The notes under the pieces are model-generated. The model saw only the letters and a list, made by a program, of their open reading frames with translations. It had not been told where the DNA came from and made no database searches. Shown here in pieces: positions 49,577 to 60,629 of a stretch of DNA of 64,000 nt. A program made the position numbers and the translations under genes. Each line of letters starts with the position of its first letter. Positions within the stretch are counted from its first letter, which is position 1. This DNA comes from an uncultured Gemmatimonadales bacterium (lineage in GTDB: Bacteria; Gemmatimonadota; Gemmatimonadetes; Gemmatimonadales; GWC2-71-9). Where the stretch lies: positions 1,624-65,623 of the forward strand of contig CAVPLK010000003.1 of the NCBI GenBank assembly GCA_963705985.1, written 5' to 3'.

Positions 49577-50286
49577 TGGCCCTGGCCTACGCGCGCGCGC
49601 TGCTCAAGGTGTCCGGCGAGGCGCTCGCCGGCGAGAAGGGCGTGGGCGTGGACTTCAGGGTCGTCGAGACGCTCGCCGACCAGATCAAGACGGTCCACGC
49701 CATGGGCGTGCAGCTCAGCCTGGTGGTCGGCGGCGGGAACATCATCCGCGGGACCGCCGCGAGCCGCGAGGGGCTCGACCGGGTCAACGCCGACTACATG
49801 GGGATGCTCGCCACGGTCATCAACGCCCTGGCCATGCAGGACGTCCTCGAGAAGCTCGGCGTGCACACCCGCGTCATGACCGCCATCCGGATGGAGTCGC
49901 TCGCCGAACCGTATATCCGGCGCCGCGCGCAGCGGCACCTCGAAAAGGGCCGGCTCGTCATCTTCGCGGGCGGCACCGGCAACCCCTTCTTCAGCACCGA
50001 CACCGCCGCGGTGCTCCGGGCGCTCGAGGTGGAGGCCGACGTCATCCTCAAGGCCACCAACGTGGACGGGGTCTACACCGGCGACCCCCGGACCGACTCC
50101 TCGGCCACCTTCATCCCGGAGCTCACCTTCCAGGAAGCGATCGTGAAAGGCTACGCGGTCATGGACGCCAACGCGTTCGGGCTCTGCAAGGCCAACAAGC
50201 TTCCCATCCAGGTCTTCAACATCAACGAACCCGGCGCCATCGCACGGATCCTGCGCGGCGAGCGGGTCGGGACGATTGTCCGATGA
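49576..50286 (+). CDS. pyrH: UMP kinase
   Basis: [37 protein letters not shown]. Confidence 0.97.
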   Translation: MALAYARALLKVSGEALAGEKGVGVDFRVVETLADQIKTVHAMGVQLSLVVGGGNIIRGTAASREGLDRVNADYMGMLATVINALAMQDVLEKLGVHTRVMTAIRMESLAEPYIRRRAQRHLEKGRLVIFAGGTGNPFFSTDTAAVLRALEVEADVILKATNVDGVYTGDPRTDSSATFIPELTFQEAIVKGYAVMDANAFGLCKANKLPIQVFNINEPGAIARILRGERVGTIVR

Positions 50287-50837
50287 GCACCATTCCAGAT
50301 CTCCTCAAGCACTGCCGTGAACTGATGGGCAAGGCGGTGGACAGCACCCGGCGCGAGCTGACCGGCATCCGGAGCGGCAAGGCGAGCCCCGCGCTCCTCG
50401 ACACGATCCGGGTGGACGCCTACGGCACCATGGTCCCGCTGAACCAGGTGGCGATGGTGGCGGCGCCCGAAGCGCGGATGCTGACGGTCCAGCCCTTCGA
50501 CAAGACGCTGGCGCCGGTCATCGAGAAGGCCATCCGTGACGGCGACCTCGGCCTGAACCCCGCGTCGCAGGGCAACGTCATCCGGGTGCCGCTGCCGGCC
50601 CTCTCCGAGGAACGGCGCAGGGACCTGGTGAAGGTGGTGCACAAGCTCGCCGAAGAGGGACGGATCGCCATCCGCCACGCGCGGACCGACACGCTCGGCA
50701 AGATCAAGAAGCTCGAGCACATCTCCGAGGACGACAAGACGCGGGGCGAGAAGGACGTCCAGAAGCTCACGGACGAACATGTCAAGCTCGTGGACGAAGT
50801 GATCAAGTCCAAAGAAGCGGAAATCATGGAAGTGTGA
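50283..50837 (+). CDS. frr: Ribosome recycling factor
   Basis: [36 protein letters not shown]. Confidence 0.97.
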   Translation: MSTIPDLLKHCRELMGKAVDSTRRELTGIRSGKASPALLDTIRVDAYGTMVPLNQVAMVAAPEARMLTVQPFDKTLAPVIEKAIRDGDLGLNPASQGNVIRVPLPALSEERRRDLVKVVHKLAEEGRIAIRHARTDTLGKIKKLEHISEDDKTRGEKDVQKLTDEHVKLVDEVIKSKEAEIMEV

Positions 50838-50841
50838 CGGG

Positions 50842-51582
50842 ATGAGCGATCCGCTGCTCGATTCGATTCTTCGGCAGGGTGCGGTCCCGGCGCACGTCGC
50901 CATCATCATGGACGGAAACGGCCGGTGGGCGCAGGCGCGCGCCCTGCCGCGTCCCGCAGGACACCAGGCCGGCATGCAGGCGGTCCGGGAGGCCGTCGAA
51001 GGCGCGCGAAGCGCCGGCGTCAAAGTCCTCACCCTCTTCGCGTTTTCCCAGGAAAACTGGCAGCGCCCGGCCGAAGAAATCGACGCGCTCATGGCGCTCC
51101 TCGAGGCGTACATCGCCCGGGAACGCGCGGAACTGATCGCGCGCGGGGTCTCGGTCCGGTTCCTGGGCGATCTCGACCGCCTGGTGCCGAGCGCGCGCGC
51201 GGCGGTGGACGACACCACACGGGTCACGGCCGCCGGGACCGAGCTGGCCCTCAACATCTGCATCTCGTACGGGTCTCGCGCCGAGCTGACGCGCGCGGCG
51301 CGGCAGATCGCCGAGGACGTCGCGGCCGGCCGCCTGGTCCCCGCGGAAGTGGATGAGGCCGCCGTCGCCCGCCGGCTCTACACCGCCCCTTGGCCGGATC
51401 CCGATCTCCTGATCCGCACCTCGGGCGAACTCCGCCTCTCGAATTTCCTCCTCTGGCAACTCGCCTACGCCGAGCTCTACGTCACGCCGGTGCTCTGGCC
51501 CGACTTCACGCGCCGCGATTTCTTCGAGGCCGTCGTCGAGTTCCAGCGGCGCGACCGCCGCTTCGGACGCGTCGCGACCTGA
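50842..51582 (+). CDS. uppS: Undecaprenyl diphosphate synthase
   Basis: HVAIIMDGNGRWA, FSQENW.R, IRTSGE.RLSNFLLWQ.AY, RRFG. Confidence 0.97.
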   Translation: MSDPLLDSILRQGAVPAHVAIIMDGNGRWAQARALPRPAGHQAGMQAVREAVEGARSAGVKVLTLFAFSQENWQRPAEEIDALMALLEAYIARERAELIARGVSVRFLGDLDRLVPSARAAVDDTTRVTAAGTELALNICISYGSRAELTRAARQIAEDVAAGRLVPAEVDEAAVARRLYTAPWPDPDLLIRTSGELRLSNFLLWQLAYAELYVTPVLWPDFTRRDFFEAVVEFQRRDRRFGRVAT

Positions 51583-52448
51583 TGGACCGCAACATGCAGG
51601 CGCGGATCGCGTTCGCCGCGGTCGCGATCCCGGCCGCGCTGGCCCTGGTCTGGCTCGGCGGCTGGGCCCTGGTGGCGCTGCTGACGGCCGCCGGCGTCCT
51701 GGGGACCCGCGAGCTCTTCCACCTCGCCCGCGAGCGGGGAGTGCATCCCTCGCCGGTGCTCGGGCTCGCCGCCGCCGCCGCCGCCGCGCCGCTCACCTGG
51801 CTCACCCTCAGCCGCCCGGACGTGTTCGTGGCCATCGCCGACTGGTGGCCGTACGCCGGCGCCATCTGGATCCTGGCCGCCCTCACGTGGGCCACGGCGC
51901 GCCGCAGTCCAGACGCGCACCCCCTCGGCGCGGTGGCGGTCACCCTGCTCGGTCCCCTGTATGCCGCGGCCCTTCCGGCCTTCCTCCTGGTGCTGCGGCA
52001 CTCGTCGTTCGGCCCGCGCTCCTGGGCCGGGACCGCCCTCGTCTTCTTCCCGCTCATCGTGACCTGGGTCGGCGATTCCGCGGCGATGTCGGGCGGCCGG
52101 GCGTTTGGCGGGCCGAAGATGGCCCCGACCATCAGCCCCGGAAAGACCCGCTCCGGCGGCATCGCCGGTCTCCTCGGGGCGATGGGGGCCGCAGCGCTGC
52201 TGGCGCGGTTCGCACTGCCGCCGGTCGGGATCGAGCTCGGTGTGGCGGCGGCCGCGGGTATCGGGCTGCTCCTGGGCGTGGTGGGGCAGGTCGGCGACCT
52301 CGCGGAATCGCTCCTCAAACGGGAGGCAGGGGTCAAGGATTCCAGCCACCTGATCCCGGGGCACGGCGGCGTCCTCGACCGGTTCGATTCGCTGATCTTC
52401 GTGCTTCCCGTCGCGGCGCTTCTGTTCCGCCTCCTCGGCGTCCTCTGA
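51582..52448 (+). CDS. cdsA: Phosphatidate cytidylyltransferase
   Basis: Multi-TM; ISPGKT, GDLAESLLKR, KDSSHLIPGHGGVLDRFDS. Confidence 0.95.
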   Translation: MDRNMQARIAFAAVAIPAALALVWLGGWALVALLTAAGVLGTRELFHLARERGVHPSPVLGLAAAAAAAPLTWLTLSRPDVFVAIADWWPYAGAIWILAALTWATARRSPDAHPLGAVAVTLLGPLYAAALPAFLLVLRHSSFGPRSWAGTALVFFPLIVTWVGDSAAMSGGRAFGGPKMAPTISPGKTRSGGIAGLLGAMGAAALLARFALPPVGIELGVAAAAGIGLLLGVVGQVGDLAESLLKREAGVKDSSHLIPGHGGVLDRFDSLIFVLPVAALLFRLLGVL

Positions 52449-53564
52449 TGCGTGGGGTGGCGGTGCTGGGCTCCACCGGCTCGATCGGCCGGAGTACGCT
52501 GGCCGTGCTGGCCAGGCAGCGGGAGCACTTCCGGGTCGTGGCCCTCACCGCCGGTCGCAACGCCTCCCTGCTCGAATCCCAACGAACCGCATGGGCCCCC
52601 GACCTCGCCGGGCTGGCACTGCCCGGCGCTGCGTCGCCCTTCCCGGGCGGTCCGGAGCTGTTGATCGAGGCGGCCACGCACCCCGCGGTCGACATCGTGG
52701 TCAACGCGGTGGTGGGTGCGGCGGGTCTCGACGCGACGCTCGCGGCGCTCCGGGCCGGCAAGCGGGTGGCGCTGGCCAACAAGGAGTCCCTGGTCATGGC
52801 GGGGGAGCTGGTGCTCGAGGCGGCGCGAGCCGGGGGCGGCGAGCTGATCCCGATCGACAGCGAGCACAGTGCCGTGCTGCAGTGCCTCACCGGGCACGGC
52901 AGCGAACTCGACCGCCTGATTCTCACGGCCTCCGGCGGACCGTTCCGCGAATGGCCCGCCGCGCGTGTCGCGGAGGCCACCGTCGAAGAGGCGCTGCGTC
53001 ACCCGACCTGGACGATGGGGAACAAGATCACGGTCGACAGCGCCACGCTCGCCAACAAGGCGCTCGAGGTCATCGAGGCGCACTTTCTCTTCGGGCTCCC
53101 GTACGACCGGATCGAGGTCGTGGTGCATCCGCAGAGCATCGTGCACGCCTTCGTGGAGTTCCGGGACGGCAGCGTCCTCGCGCAGCTCGGGTTCCCCACG
53201 ATGGAGTTGCCGATCCTCTACGCGCTGACGCATCCCGCCCGGCTGCCGGACCGGGGCGTGCCGCGCTTTGACCCCGTGGCCGCCGGCGCGCTAACCTTCG
53301 AGCCGGTGCGCACCGACGTCTTTCGTACGTTCGCGGCGCGGGGTGGCGGCGGGCCGGGCCGGGGGCACCGCCCCCGCGGTGTTCAACGCCGCCAACGAAG
53401 CGGCCGTCGCCGCCTTTCTCGACCGCCGTATTCCGTTTGGCCGCATTGCCGAGACCATCTGTGCGGTGCTCGATGCCCACGCCGTCGCGCCCGCGACGGG
53501 ACTGGAGGCGGTGCGCGACGCGGACCGCTGGGCGCGGGCCCGAGCCTTCGAGGAGATGACGTGA
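52448..53564 (+). CDS. dxr: 1-deoxy-D-xylulose-5-phosphate reductoisomerase (apparent frameshift near 53339)
   Basis: LGSTGSIG, LANKESLV, DSEHSA, TASGGPF, HPTWTMG.KIT.DSAT, NAANE in the next frame. Confidence 0.94.
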
Positions 53565-54934
53565 TCGCACTGCAGACCACCCTGTCCCTGCTGGTTGTCC
53601 TCGGCATTCTGGTCTTCGTCCACGAGGCGGGGCATTTCCTCGCCGCCAAGTGGGCCGGCGTGTGGGTGCACCGCTTCGCCCTCGGGATCGGCACCCCGAT
53701 CCCGGGACTCTCGTTCAAGTGGCGGGAGACCGAGTACGCCATCTGCTGGCTTCCGCTCGGCGGCTACGTGAAGATGGCGACGGCGGAGGAGGAGGCCACC
53801 AGCAGCGCGCTCGAAGGGGCGACGCCCGAGGTGAACGTGCCGCCCGAGATGTACTTCGAGGCCAAGCCGGTCTGGAAGCGGATGATCATCATCCTGGCCG
53901 GCGTGACGATGAACGCGCTCTTTGCCTGGGTGGTGTTTGCCGGGTTGGCGCTGTCGAACGGCCGGGCCATCAATCCGGAGACCCGCATCGGGCAGGTCGC
54001 GACGGCGGACCTGCCGCCCGCGCTGGCGCCGCTCGCCGCGTTGATGCCGGGAGACAGCATCGTCGCGGTGAACGGCGTGCCGGTGCAGGACTGGGGTGGC
54101 GTGCTCGACGGCGTGATGAACGGTCCCGCCGACACCATCACCATCGCGGTGGCGGGAAAGCCCCCGGTCATTCTCCCGATCCATCGCGACGCCGTCGAAG
54201 AACGGGCGCAGGCGGCACAGGCCCTCAATCCGTGGCTCCCCGCCGAGGTCGCCCTGGTCAATTCGGGGAGCGGCGCCAGCCGGGCAGGGCTCGAGGTCGG
54301 GGATGTCATCGTCTCGATCGGGGGCGTGCCGACTCCGCAGTGGTGGGACATGAAGACGTTCGTCGAGGCCCATCCGGGCGACACCGTCGCGATTGTGGTG
54401 GAGCGCGGCGGTGCCCAGATCACGCTCACGGCAGTGCCGACGTCGCAGGTGATTCGGGGGAGCGACGGCACTGAGCAGACCGTCGGCCTGCTTGGCGTGT
54501 TCCCGGCGTCGCGGGCGGTGTACGAACCGCTCTCCTTCGGCGAGGCCATCGGGGCGGGACTCGACGCCACCATCAACGCCTCGACCACCGTGGTCCGCTC
54601 GGTGCGCGGGATGCTGACGGGCCGGGTGTCGGGTCGGAGCATCGGCGGACCGATCGCGATTGGCCAGATGGCGGCACAGTCCGCCGAGGCCGGGGTGGGG
54701 ACCTTCTTCGGATTCCTCGGCCTGATCTCGATCAACCTGGCGGTGCTCAACCTCCTGCCGATCCCCATCCTCGACGGCGGGCAGTTTCTCTTCCTGCTGG
54801 CGGAGGGGATCCTGCGGCGCCCGCTCTCGCTCACGCTGCGCGAGCGGCTGACGATGGTGGGGTTGGTGCTGGTGATGGCCCTGATGCTGTTTGCCTTCTG
54901 GAACGATCTGAGTCGGATCTTCCTGATTCTCTGA
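53561..54934 (+). CDS. rseP: RIP metalloprotease RseP
   Basis: HEAGH, PLGGYV, two PDZ-like regions, NLLPIPILDGG. Confidence 0.95.
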   Translation: MIALQTTLSLLVVLGILVFVHEAGHFLAAKWAGVWVHRFALGIGTPIPGLSFKWRETEYAICWLPLGGYVKMATAEEEATSSALEGATPEVNVPPEMYFEAKPVWKRMIIILAGVTMNALFAWVVFAGLALSNGRAINPETRIGQVATADLPPALAPLAALMPGDSIVAVNGVPVQDWGGVLDGVMNGPADTITIAVAGKPPVILPIHRDAVEERAQAAQALNPWLPAEVALVNSGSGASRAGLEVGDVIVSIGGVPTPQWWDMKTFVEAHPGDTVAIVVERGGAQITLTAVPTSQVIRGSDGTEQTVGLLGVFPASRAVYEPLSFGEAIGAGLDATINASTTVVRSVRGMLTGRVSGRSIGGPIAIGQMAAQSAEAGVGTFFGFLGLISINLAVLNLLPIPILDGGQFLFLLAEGILRRPLSLTLRERLTMVGLVLVMALMLFAFWNDLSRIFLIL

Positions 54935-55019
54935 TAAGCCGTTTAACCGCAATGGCTTACGGACGTGTGTATCGGGTGCCGGGTGGGGATGGGGGGCTGG
55001 CCGGAAAGCGCCCAACCCC

Positions 55020-55048
55020 TTGTCACACCACGAGTAGCGGGTTATTTT
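55020..55048 (+). promoter_or_regulatory. Putative promoter of rpsO-pnp
   Basis: TTGTCA, 17 bp spacer, TATTTT. Confidence 0.5.
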
Positions 55049-55116
55049 TCTGTGCTTGAAAGAATCGTGAAATCCATCGACGTTGCCCGAGCGGGCACCC
55101 AACGGAAATCGACAGA

Positions 55117-55377
55117 ATGAGCTTCGACAAGCAGGCCGTCACCGAAAAGCATCGCCTCCACGAGACGGACACCGGGTCCGCTCCCCTGCAGGTGGCCATG
55201 CTCACCGAGCGGATCAACTCGCTCACCGATCACTTCCGGACCCACTCGAAGGACCATCATGGTCGTCGCGGGCTCCTCAAGATGGTCGGCACCCGGCGTC
55301 GCCTGCTCACCTATCTGAAGCGCAGCGACCTGCCGACCTACCGGGCGCTCATCGAGCAACTCGGTCTCCGTCACTAA
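55117..55377 (+). CDS. rpsO: 30S ribosomal protein S15
   Basis: DTGS..LQVA.LT.RI, KDHH.RRGL, RRRLL.YL. Confidence 0.98.
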   Translation: MSFDKQAVTEKHRLHETDTGSAPLQVAMLTERINSLTDHFRTHSKDHHGRRGLLKMVGTRRRLLTYLKRSDLPTYRALIEQLGLRH

Positions 55378-55392
55378 CTGAAGCCCGTGGGC

Positions 55393-55430
55393 GAGGGCGT
55401 CCCGACCGAGCACGACGGGACGCCCTCTTT
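55393..55430 (+). terminator. Hairpin between rpsO and pnp (terminator or processing site)
   Basis: GAGGGCGTCCCG-11nt-CGGGACGCCCTC followed by TTT. Confidence 0.6.
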
Positions 55431-55466
55431 GCATTGCGTGCTCTGAGAAAAGAAAAGGTTGTGACT

Positions 55467-57548
55467 GTGCATCGGATCGAAACTGAATTCGCCGGCCGGA
55501 CCCTCACGATCGAGACCGGCAAGATGGCGAAGCAGGCCGCCGGCTCGTGTCTCGTCCGCTTCGGCGACACCATGGTGCTGGCGGCGGTGACCGTCTCCAG
55601 GAACGTCTCCACCCTTCCGTTCTTTCCCCTCACGGTCGAGTATCGCGAGAAGACCTACGCCGCGGGCAAGATTCCCGGCGGGTTCCTCAAGCGGGAAGGC
55701 CGTCCGTCGGACAAGGAAATCCTTGCCGCCCGCGGCATCGACCGGTCCATCCGGCCGCTCTTCCCCGAGGGGTTCAAGAACGAGATCCAGGTGTTCGTCA
55801 CCGTCATCTCGGCCGACCAGGAGAATGACGCCGACGTCCTCGGCGTGCTGGCCGCCTCGACGGCGCTCAGCATCTCGCCGATTCCGTGGGACGGCCCGAT
55901 TGCCGCGGTGCGGGTGGGCCAGGTCGAGGGCAACTGGATCCTCAACCCGACCTTCCAGCAGCTCGAATTCTCGGCGCTCGACCTCTTCATCACCGGCTCG
56001 GCGGACTCGATCGTCATGGTCGAGGGCGGGGCGCACGAGATTTCCGAGAAGGACGTCCTCAATGCCCTCAAGATCGGGCAGAAGGGGATCAAGGAGCTGG
56101 TCGGGCACGCCAAGAAGATCATCGCCAAGGCGGCCAAGCCGAAGATGGCGTGGAAGAAGGCCGAGCGCGACGCGGCCCTCACCAGGCGCGTCGGCGAGCT
56201 CCTCGAGAAGCCGATGGCCAAGGCCATCAACGCGAAAGACAAGGCCGCGCGCGCCGAAGGCGTCGCCGAGGTCAAGTCGGCCGCCATCGAGAAGCTGGTG
56301 GCCGAGTTCCCCGATGCCGGCCGGACCATCGGCAACGAGATCGAGGAAGTCGAATACCGCGTCATGCGGGCCCAGGTGCTCGACAAGGGCGAGCGGGTCG
56401 ACGGGCGCGACATGGACACGGTGCGGCCGATCAGTATCGAGACCAGCCTGCTGCCCCGCGCCCATGGCTCCGCGCTCTTCACGCGCGGCCAGACCCAGGC
56501 GCTGGTGGCCGTGACTCTCGGCACCGCCGACGACGAGCAGCGCATCGACAACATCGACGTGCCGCGCGAAACGACCAAGTCGTTCATGCTGCACTACAAC
56601 TTCCCGCCCTACTGCACCGGCGAAGTGAAGATGATCCGGGGCACTTCCCGCCGCGAAATCGGCCACGGGATGCTTGCGGAGCGGGCGCTGCAGGCGTTGC
56701 TGCCGCGGTACGAGGAGTTCCCCTACACGATGCGCATCGTGTCGGAAGTCCTCGAGTCGAACGGCTCCTCGTCCATGGCGTCCGTGTGCGGCGGGTCGCT
56801 CGCGCTGATGGACGCCGGCGTGCCGATGAAGGCCGCCTGCGCCGGCGTGGCGATGGGGCTGATCAAGGAAGGGAAGAAGGTCGCCATCCTGACCGACATC
56901 CTCGGTTCGGAAGACCACCTCGGCGACATGGACTTCAAGGTGGCCGGCACCACGACCGGCATCACCTCGATCCAGATGGACATCAAGATCCAGGGCCTCG
57001 ACCTCAAGATCATGGAAGAGGCGCTCGACAAGGCCCGCGTCGGCCGCCTCCACATCCTCGGCGAAATGGCCAAGGCCCTCGACACCCACCGGCCCGAGAT
57101 GTCGCCGTGGGCGCCGCGGATCTTCACGCTGCAAATCAAGCCCGACAAGATCGGCGACCTCATCGGCCCGAAGGGCAAGACCATCCGCGGCATCCAGGAC
57201 GCCACCGGCGCCAAGATCAGCGTCGAGGACTCCGGTCTCGTCACCATCGCCGCCGTCGGCGGTGAGGCGGGCGAGAAGGCACGGGAAATGGTCACCGCCA
57301 TCTGCACCGAGCCGGAAGTCGGCAAGATCTACGAAGGCCCGGTCAAGAGCACCACGGCGTTCGGCGCCTTCATCGAGATCCTCCCCGGCGTCGAGGGGTT
57401 GCTGCACATCAGCGAGCTCCAGCACGCCCGCACCGAGAAGACCGAAGACGTCGTCAAGAAGGGCGACATCGTCAAGGTCAAGCTCCTCGAGGTGGACGAG
57501 CGCGGCCGGATGAAGCTGTCCCGGAAGGCGCTCCTGCCGAAGGAGTAG
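55467..57548 (+). CDS. pnp: Polyribonucleotide nucleotidyltransferase (PNPase)
   Basis: IETGKMAKQA, FFPLTVEY, IPGGFLKREG, HGSALFTRG, SNGSSSMAS, GDMDFKV, KH and S1 domains. Confidence 0.97.
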   Translation: MHRIETEFAGRTLTIETGKMAKQAAGSCLVRFGDTMVLAAVTVSRNVSTLPFFPLTVEYREKTYAAGKIPGGFLKREGRPSDKEILAARGIDRSIRPLFPEGFKNEIQVFVTVISADQENDADVLGVLAASTALSISPIPWDGPIAAVRVGQVEGNWILNPTFQQLEFSALDLFITGSADSIVMVEGGAHEISEKDVLNALKIGQKGIKELVGHAKKIIAKAAKPKMAWKKAERDAALTRRVGELLEKPMAKAINAKDKAARAEGVAEVKSAAIEKLVAEFPDAGRTIGNEIEEVEYRVMRAQVLDKGERVDGRDMDTVRPISIETSLLPRAHGSALFTRGQTQALVAVTLGTADDEQRIDNIDVPRETTKSFMLHYNFPPYCTGEVKMIRGTSRREIGHGMLAERALQALLPRYEEFPYTMRIVSEVLESNGSSSMASVCGGSLALMDAGVPMKAACAGVAMGLIKEGKKVAILTDILGSEDHLGDMDFKVAGTTTGITSIQMDIKIQGLDLKIMEEALDKARVGRLHILGEMAKALDTHRPEMSPWAPRIFTLQIKPDKIGDLIGPKGKTIRGIQDATGAKISVEDSGLVTIAAVGGEAGEKAREMVTAICTEPEVGKIYEGPVKSTTAFGAFIEILPGVEGLLHISELQHARTEKTEDVVKKGDIVKVKLLEVDERGRMKLSRKALLPKE

Positions 57549-57552
57549 GACG

Positions 57553-58809
57553 GTGACGACTGTCCGTCTCGACGACGGGCTGTACCAGACGAGCGCACCC
57601 AACGGCTGCACCCTCCTCACGGAGGCGCTGCCGGGGGTGCGCTCCGCCGCATTGGGGATCTGGGTCCGCTCGGCGAGCGCCCACGAGCCCCGCCCGAAAA
57701 TGGGTGTGTCCCACCTCCTCGAGCACATGGTCTTCAAGGGCACCGAGCGGCGCAGTGCGCGCCAGATCGCCCTGGAGCTCGAGGTGCGCGGCGGAAGCCT
57801 TGACGCCTACACCAGCCGGGACCACACCAGCTACCAGGCCCACGTCCTCGATACCGACCTCCCGCTCGCCGCAGATATCCTCTCCGACCTGGTCCGCCGT
57901 CCGCTGCTCCGCGAACAGGACCTGCTGCCCGAGCGCAATGTGGTGCTGGAGGAGATCAACGGCGTGGAGGACACGCCCGACGACCTCGTCTTCGAGCTGC
58001 ACTCCGAGACGCTCTGGCCCGCGCATCCCTACGGCTACTCCATTCTTGGCACCGCCGACACCGTCGGCGCGCTCTCTCCGGGCGACCTCCAGGCCGCCCA
58101 CCGGAAGGGGTACTTCCGCGGCAATTGCGTCATCGCCGCTGCCGGCAACGTGACGCACGAGGAACTGCTGGCGGCGCTGGCGGGGGAGGGGTGGTTCGAT
58201 GGGCCCGACCCTGGAGACGCCCCTCCCCCCGCCGTCCCGGGCGAGCCGGCGCGGGGGGTGGTGCGGAGCGAGGCCCGGGACACCACCCAGGCGCATATCG
58301 TCTTCGGCACTGATACTTTTCCCTATGCCGACAGTCGCCGGTATGCCATGGGCATGCTCATCAACGCCTTCGGCGGCGGCATGTCGAGCCGGCTCTTTCA
58401 GCGGATTCGGGAGGAGCTCGGACTGGCCTACGCGATCTACGCCTACCACCAGTTTTACCGGTCGGCGGGCCAGTCAGGGGTGTACATCGGAACCAAGCCG
58501 GATACCGCGGATCAGGCCATCGAGGCGATCCTCGGCGAGTACCGGCTGATGGCCACCGAAGGGCTGTCGGGGACCGAGATCGAGGACGCGCGACGCCAGC
58601 TGAAGGGACAGCTCATGCTTGGCCTGGAGAGCCCGCAGAGCCGGATGAACCGGCTCGCGAGCCTCACGCTCCAGGGGGAGCCGTATCGTCCGCTGGACCA
58701 CGTGCTGGAGGAGATCGACGCCGTGTCGGCGGAGACGCTGGCCGAGGTGGCCGCGGAGTACTTCGCGCCGGAGCGGCAGACGATTGTCAGGTTGGGACCG
58801 AACAGCTGA
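57553..58809 (+). CDS. M16 family (pitrilysin-like) zinc peptidase
   Basis: HLLEHMVFKG (HxxEH), SSRLFQRIREELGLAY; pnp-M16 synteny. Confidence 0.93.
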   Translation: MTTVRLDDGLYQTSAPNGCTLLTEALPGVRSAALGIWVRSASAHEPRPKMGVSHLLEHMVFKGTERRSARQIALELEVRGGSLDAYTSRDHTSYQAHVLDTDLPLAADILSDLVRRPLLREQDLLPERNVVLEEINGVEDTPDDLVFELHSETLWPAHPYGYSILGTADTVGALSPGDLQAAHRKGYFRGNCVIAAAGNVTHEELLAALAGEGWFDGPDPGDAPPPAVPGEPARGVVRSEARDTTQAHIVFGTDTFPYADSRRYAMGMLINAFGGGMSSRLFQRIREELGLAYAIYAYHQFYRSAGQSGVYIGTKPDTADQAIEAILGEYRLMATEGLSGTEIEDARRQLKGQLMLGLESPQSRMNRLASLTLQGEPYRPLDHVLEEIDAVSAETLAEVAAEYFAPERQTIVRLGPNS

Positions 58810-58832
58810 GGAGTGAGGACTGGCCGCCCTCT

Positions 58833-58875
58833 GTCATTGCGAGGAGGCCCCGGCAGGGGCCGACGAGGCAATCTC
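58833..58875. repeat. REP-like palindrome GTCATTGCGAGG...GCAATC
   Basis: GTCATTGC-GAGGAGGCCCCGGCAGGGGCCGACGAG-GCAATCTC, nested hairpin; single copy in the window. Confidence 0.6.
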
Positions 58876-58942
58876 GGGCCGAGGGGAAGGACTGATATTT
58901 GAGGGCGTTGTCTCATCACCGACATCTACCAAGGGTCGACCC

Positions 58943-60055
58943 ATGATCATCGGCGTACCGAAGGAAATCAAGACCAACGAAAACCGTATTGCGCTTGTCC
59001 CCGCTGGCGCCGAAGCGCTGGTCGCGGCAGGCCACACCGTGTACGTCGAGGCCGGGGCCGGTCTCGGGAGCGGATTTCCCGACGAGGCGTACACCGGGGT
59101 CGGTGCCAAGACGCTCCCGACGGCCGACGAGGTCTGGGCCAAGGCCGACATGATCATGAAGGTCAAGGAGCCGATCGCCGTCGAGTGGCCCCGGATGCGG
59201 AAGGGCCAGCTGATCTACACCTACTTCCACTTTGCCGCGGCCGAGGAGCTGACCCGGGCGGTCATCAAGTCGGGGGCGGTGGCGGTGGCCTACGAGACGG
59301 TACAGCTGCCCAATGGTGAACTGCCGCTGCTCACGCCGATGTCCGAAGTGGCGGGCCGGATGGCGGTACAGGAGGGTGCCAAGTACCTCGAGAAGGTGTT
59401 CGGTGGCAGCGGCATCCTGCTGGGCGGCGTGCCGGGCGTGGCGCCGGGCGAGGTGGTCATCATCGGTGGCGGCGTGGTCGGCATCGGCGCGGCGAAGATG
59501 GCCGCGGGCCTCGGGGCGCATGTCACGATCCTCGACGTGTCGCTCGACCGGCTCCGGTACCTCGACGACGTCCTCCCGGCCAACGTCGACACCTGCTATT
59601 CCAACCGTCACAACATCCTCGACGCGATCCGCAAGGCGGACCTCGTGGTCGGTGCCGTCCTGCTCACCGGCGCCAAGGCGCCGCACCTGGTCAAGCGGGC
59701 CGACCTGGCGCTCATGAAGCCGGGCTCCGTGATCGTGGACGTGGCGGTCGACCAGGGCGGCTGCGTCGAGACCATCAAGCCGACCACGCACGAGAATCCG
59801 ACCTACTTCGTGGATGGGATTCTGCATTACGCGGTCGCGAACATGCCGGGCGGGGTGCCGCGCACCTCGACCCTGGCGCTGACCAACGCCACCCTCCCGT
59901 ACGGCCTCAAGCTGGCCAAGCACGGCTGGAAGGCGGCCTGCAAGGCGGATCGTTCGCTGATGCTGGGCCTGAACGTGGTGGAGGGGAAGGTGGTGTATCC
60001 GGGCGTCGCCGAGGCGTTCGGCCTGCCGCTGGTGGATGTCGAGACGGTCCTGTAG
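58943..60055 (+). CDS. ald: Alanine dehydrogenase
   Basis: [43 protein letters not shown]. Confidence 0.97.
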   Translation: MIIGVPKEIKTNENRIALVPAGAEALVAAGHTVYVEAGAGLGSGFPDEAYTGVGAKTLPTADEVWAKADMIMKVKEPIAVEWPRMRKGQLIYTYFHFAAAEELTRAVIKSGAVAVAYETVQLPNGELPLLTPMSEVAGRMAVQEGAKYLEKVFGGSGILLGGVPGVAPGEVVIIGGGVVGIGAAKMAAGLGAHVTILDVSLDRLRYLDDVLPANVDTCYSNRHNILDAIRKADLVVGAVLLTGAKAPHLVKRADLALMKPGSVIVDVAVDQGGCVETIKPTTHENPTYFVDGILHYAVANMPGGVPRTSTLALTNATLPYGLKLAKHGWKAACKADRSLMLGLNVVEGKVVYPGVAEAFGLPLVDVETVL

Positions 60056-60097
60056 TGGGCTCCGGCCTCCGTCCGGTGACCCGCATCACATGATTCG

Positions 60098-60535
60098 ATG
60101 ACGAACATCCTTATCGTTCGTCTCCCGCACGGGGTGGGGCTGCCCCTCCCCGCCCGGGCCACCCTCGGCGCGGCGGGGTTCGACCTGGCCAGCGCGGAGG
60201 AGGGGGAACTCGCCCCCATGGAGCGGCGGCTTTTTGCGACTGGATTTGCGATTGCCATCCCCATCGGATTCGAGGTGCAGCTCCGGCCCCGGTCGGGGCT
60301 GGCCCTCCGGGACGGGCTGACCCTCCCCAATACACCCGCCACGATCGACAGCGATTACCGTGGCGAGCTCAAGGTGGCGCTGGTCAACCTTGGCGCCGCA
60401 CCGGTGCGGGTTACCAGGGGCATGCGGATTGCCCAGATGCTGGTGGCCCGGGTGGAGCCAGCCGCCTTTCTGGAGGTCGATTCCCTCCCCCCCACGGAGC
60501 GGGGCGAGGGGGGATTCGGGAGCACCGGGCACTAA
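60098..60535 (+). CDS. dut: dUTP diphosphatase
   Basis: [36 protein letters not shown]. Confidence 0.97.
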   Translation: MTNILIVRLPHGVGLPLPARATLGAAGFDLASAEEGELAPMERRLFATGFAIAIPIGFEVQLRPRSGLALRDGLTLPNTPATIDSDYRGELKVALVNLGAAPVRVTRGMRIAQMLVARVEPAAFLEVDSLPPTERGEGGFGSTGH

Positions 60536-60551
60536 CGCCTAACTCTCGGTC

Positions 60552-60580
60552 TTGTCCCGATTTACGGCATTCGTTAGCTT
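60552..60580 (+). promoter_or_regulatory. Putative promoter of mreBCD-mrdA
   Basis: TTGTCC, 17 bp spacer, TAGCTT. Confidence 0.5.
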
Positions 60581-60629
60581 TGGGCTCGATGCCCCCCTCC
60601 TAACTGAAAGCCGCGAGATTGCCCACAGG

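Noticed and set aside
51845-54934. 1029-aa apparent Dxr-RseP fusion ORF
   Set aside because: Caused by a single-base indel near 53339; the Dxr C-terminus (NAANE...) lies in another frame and ends at 53564.
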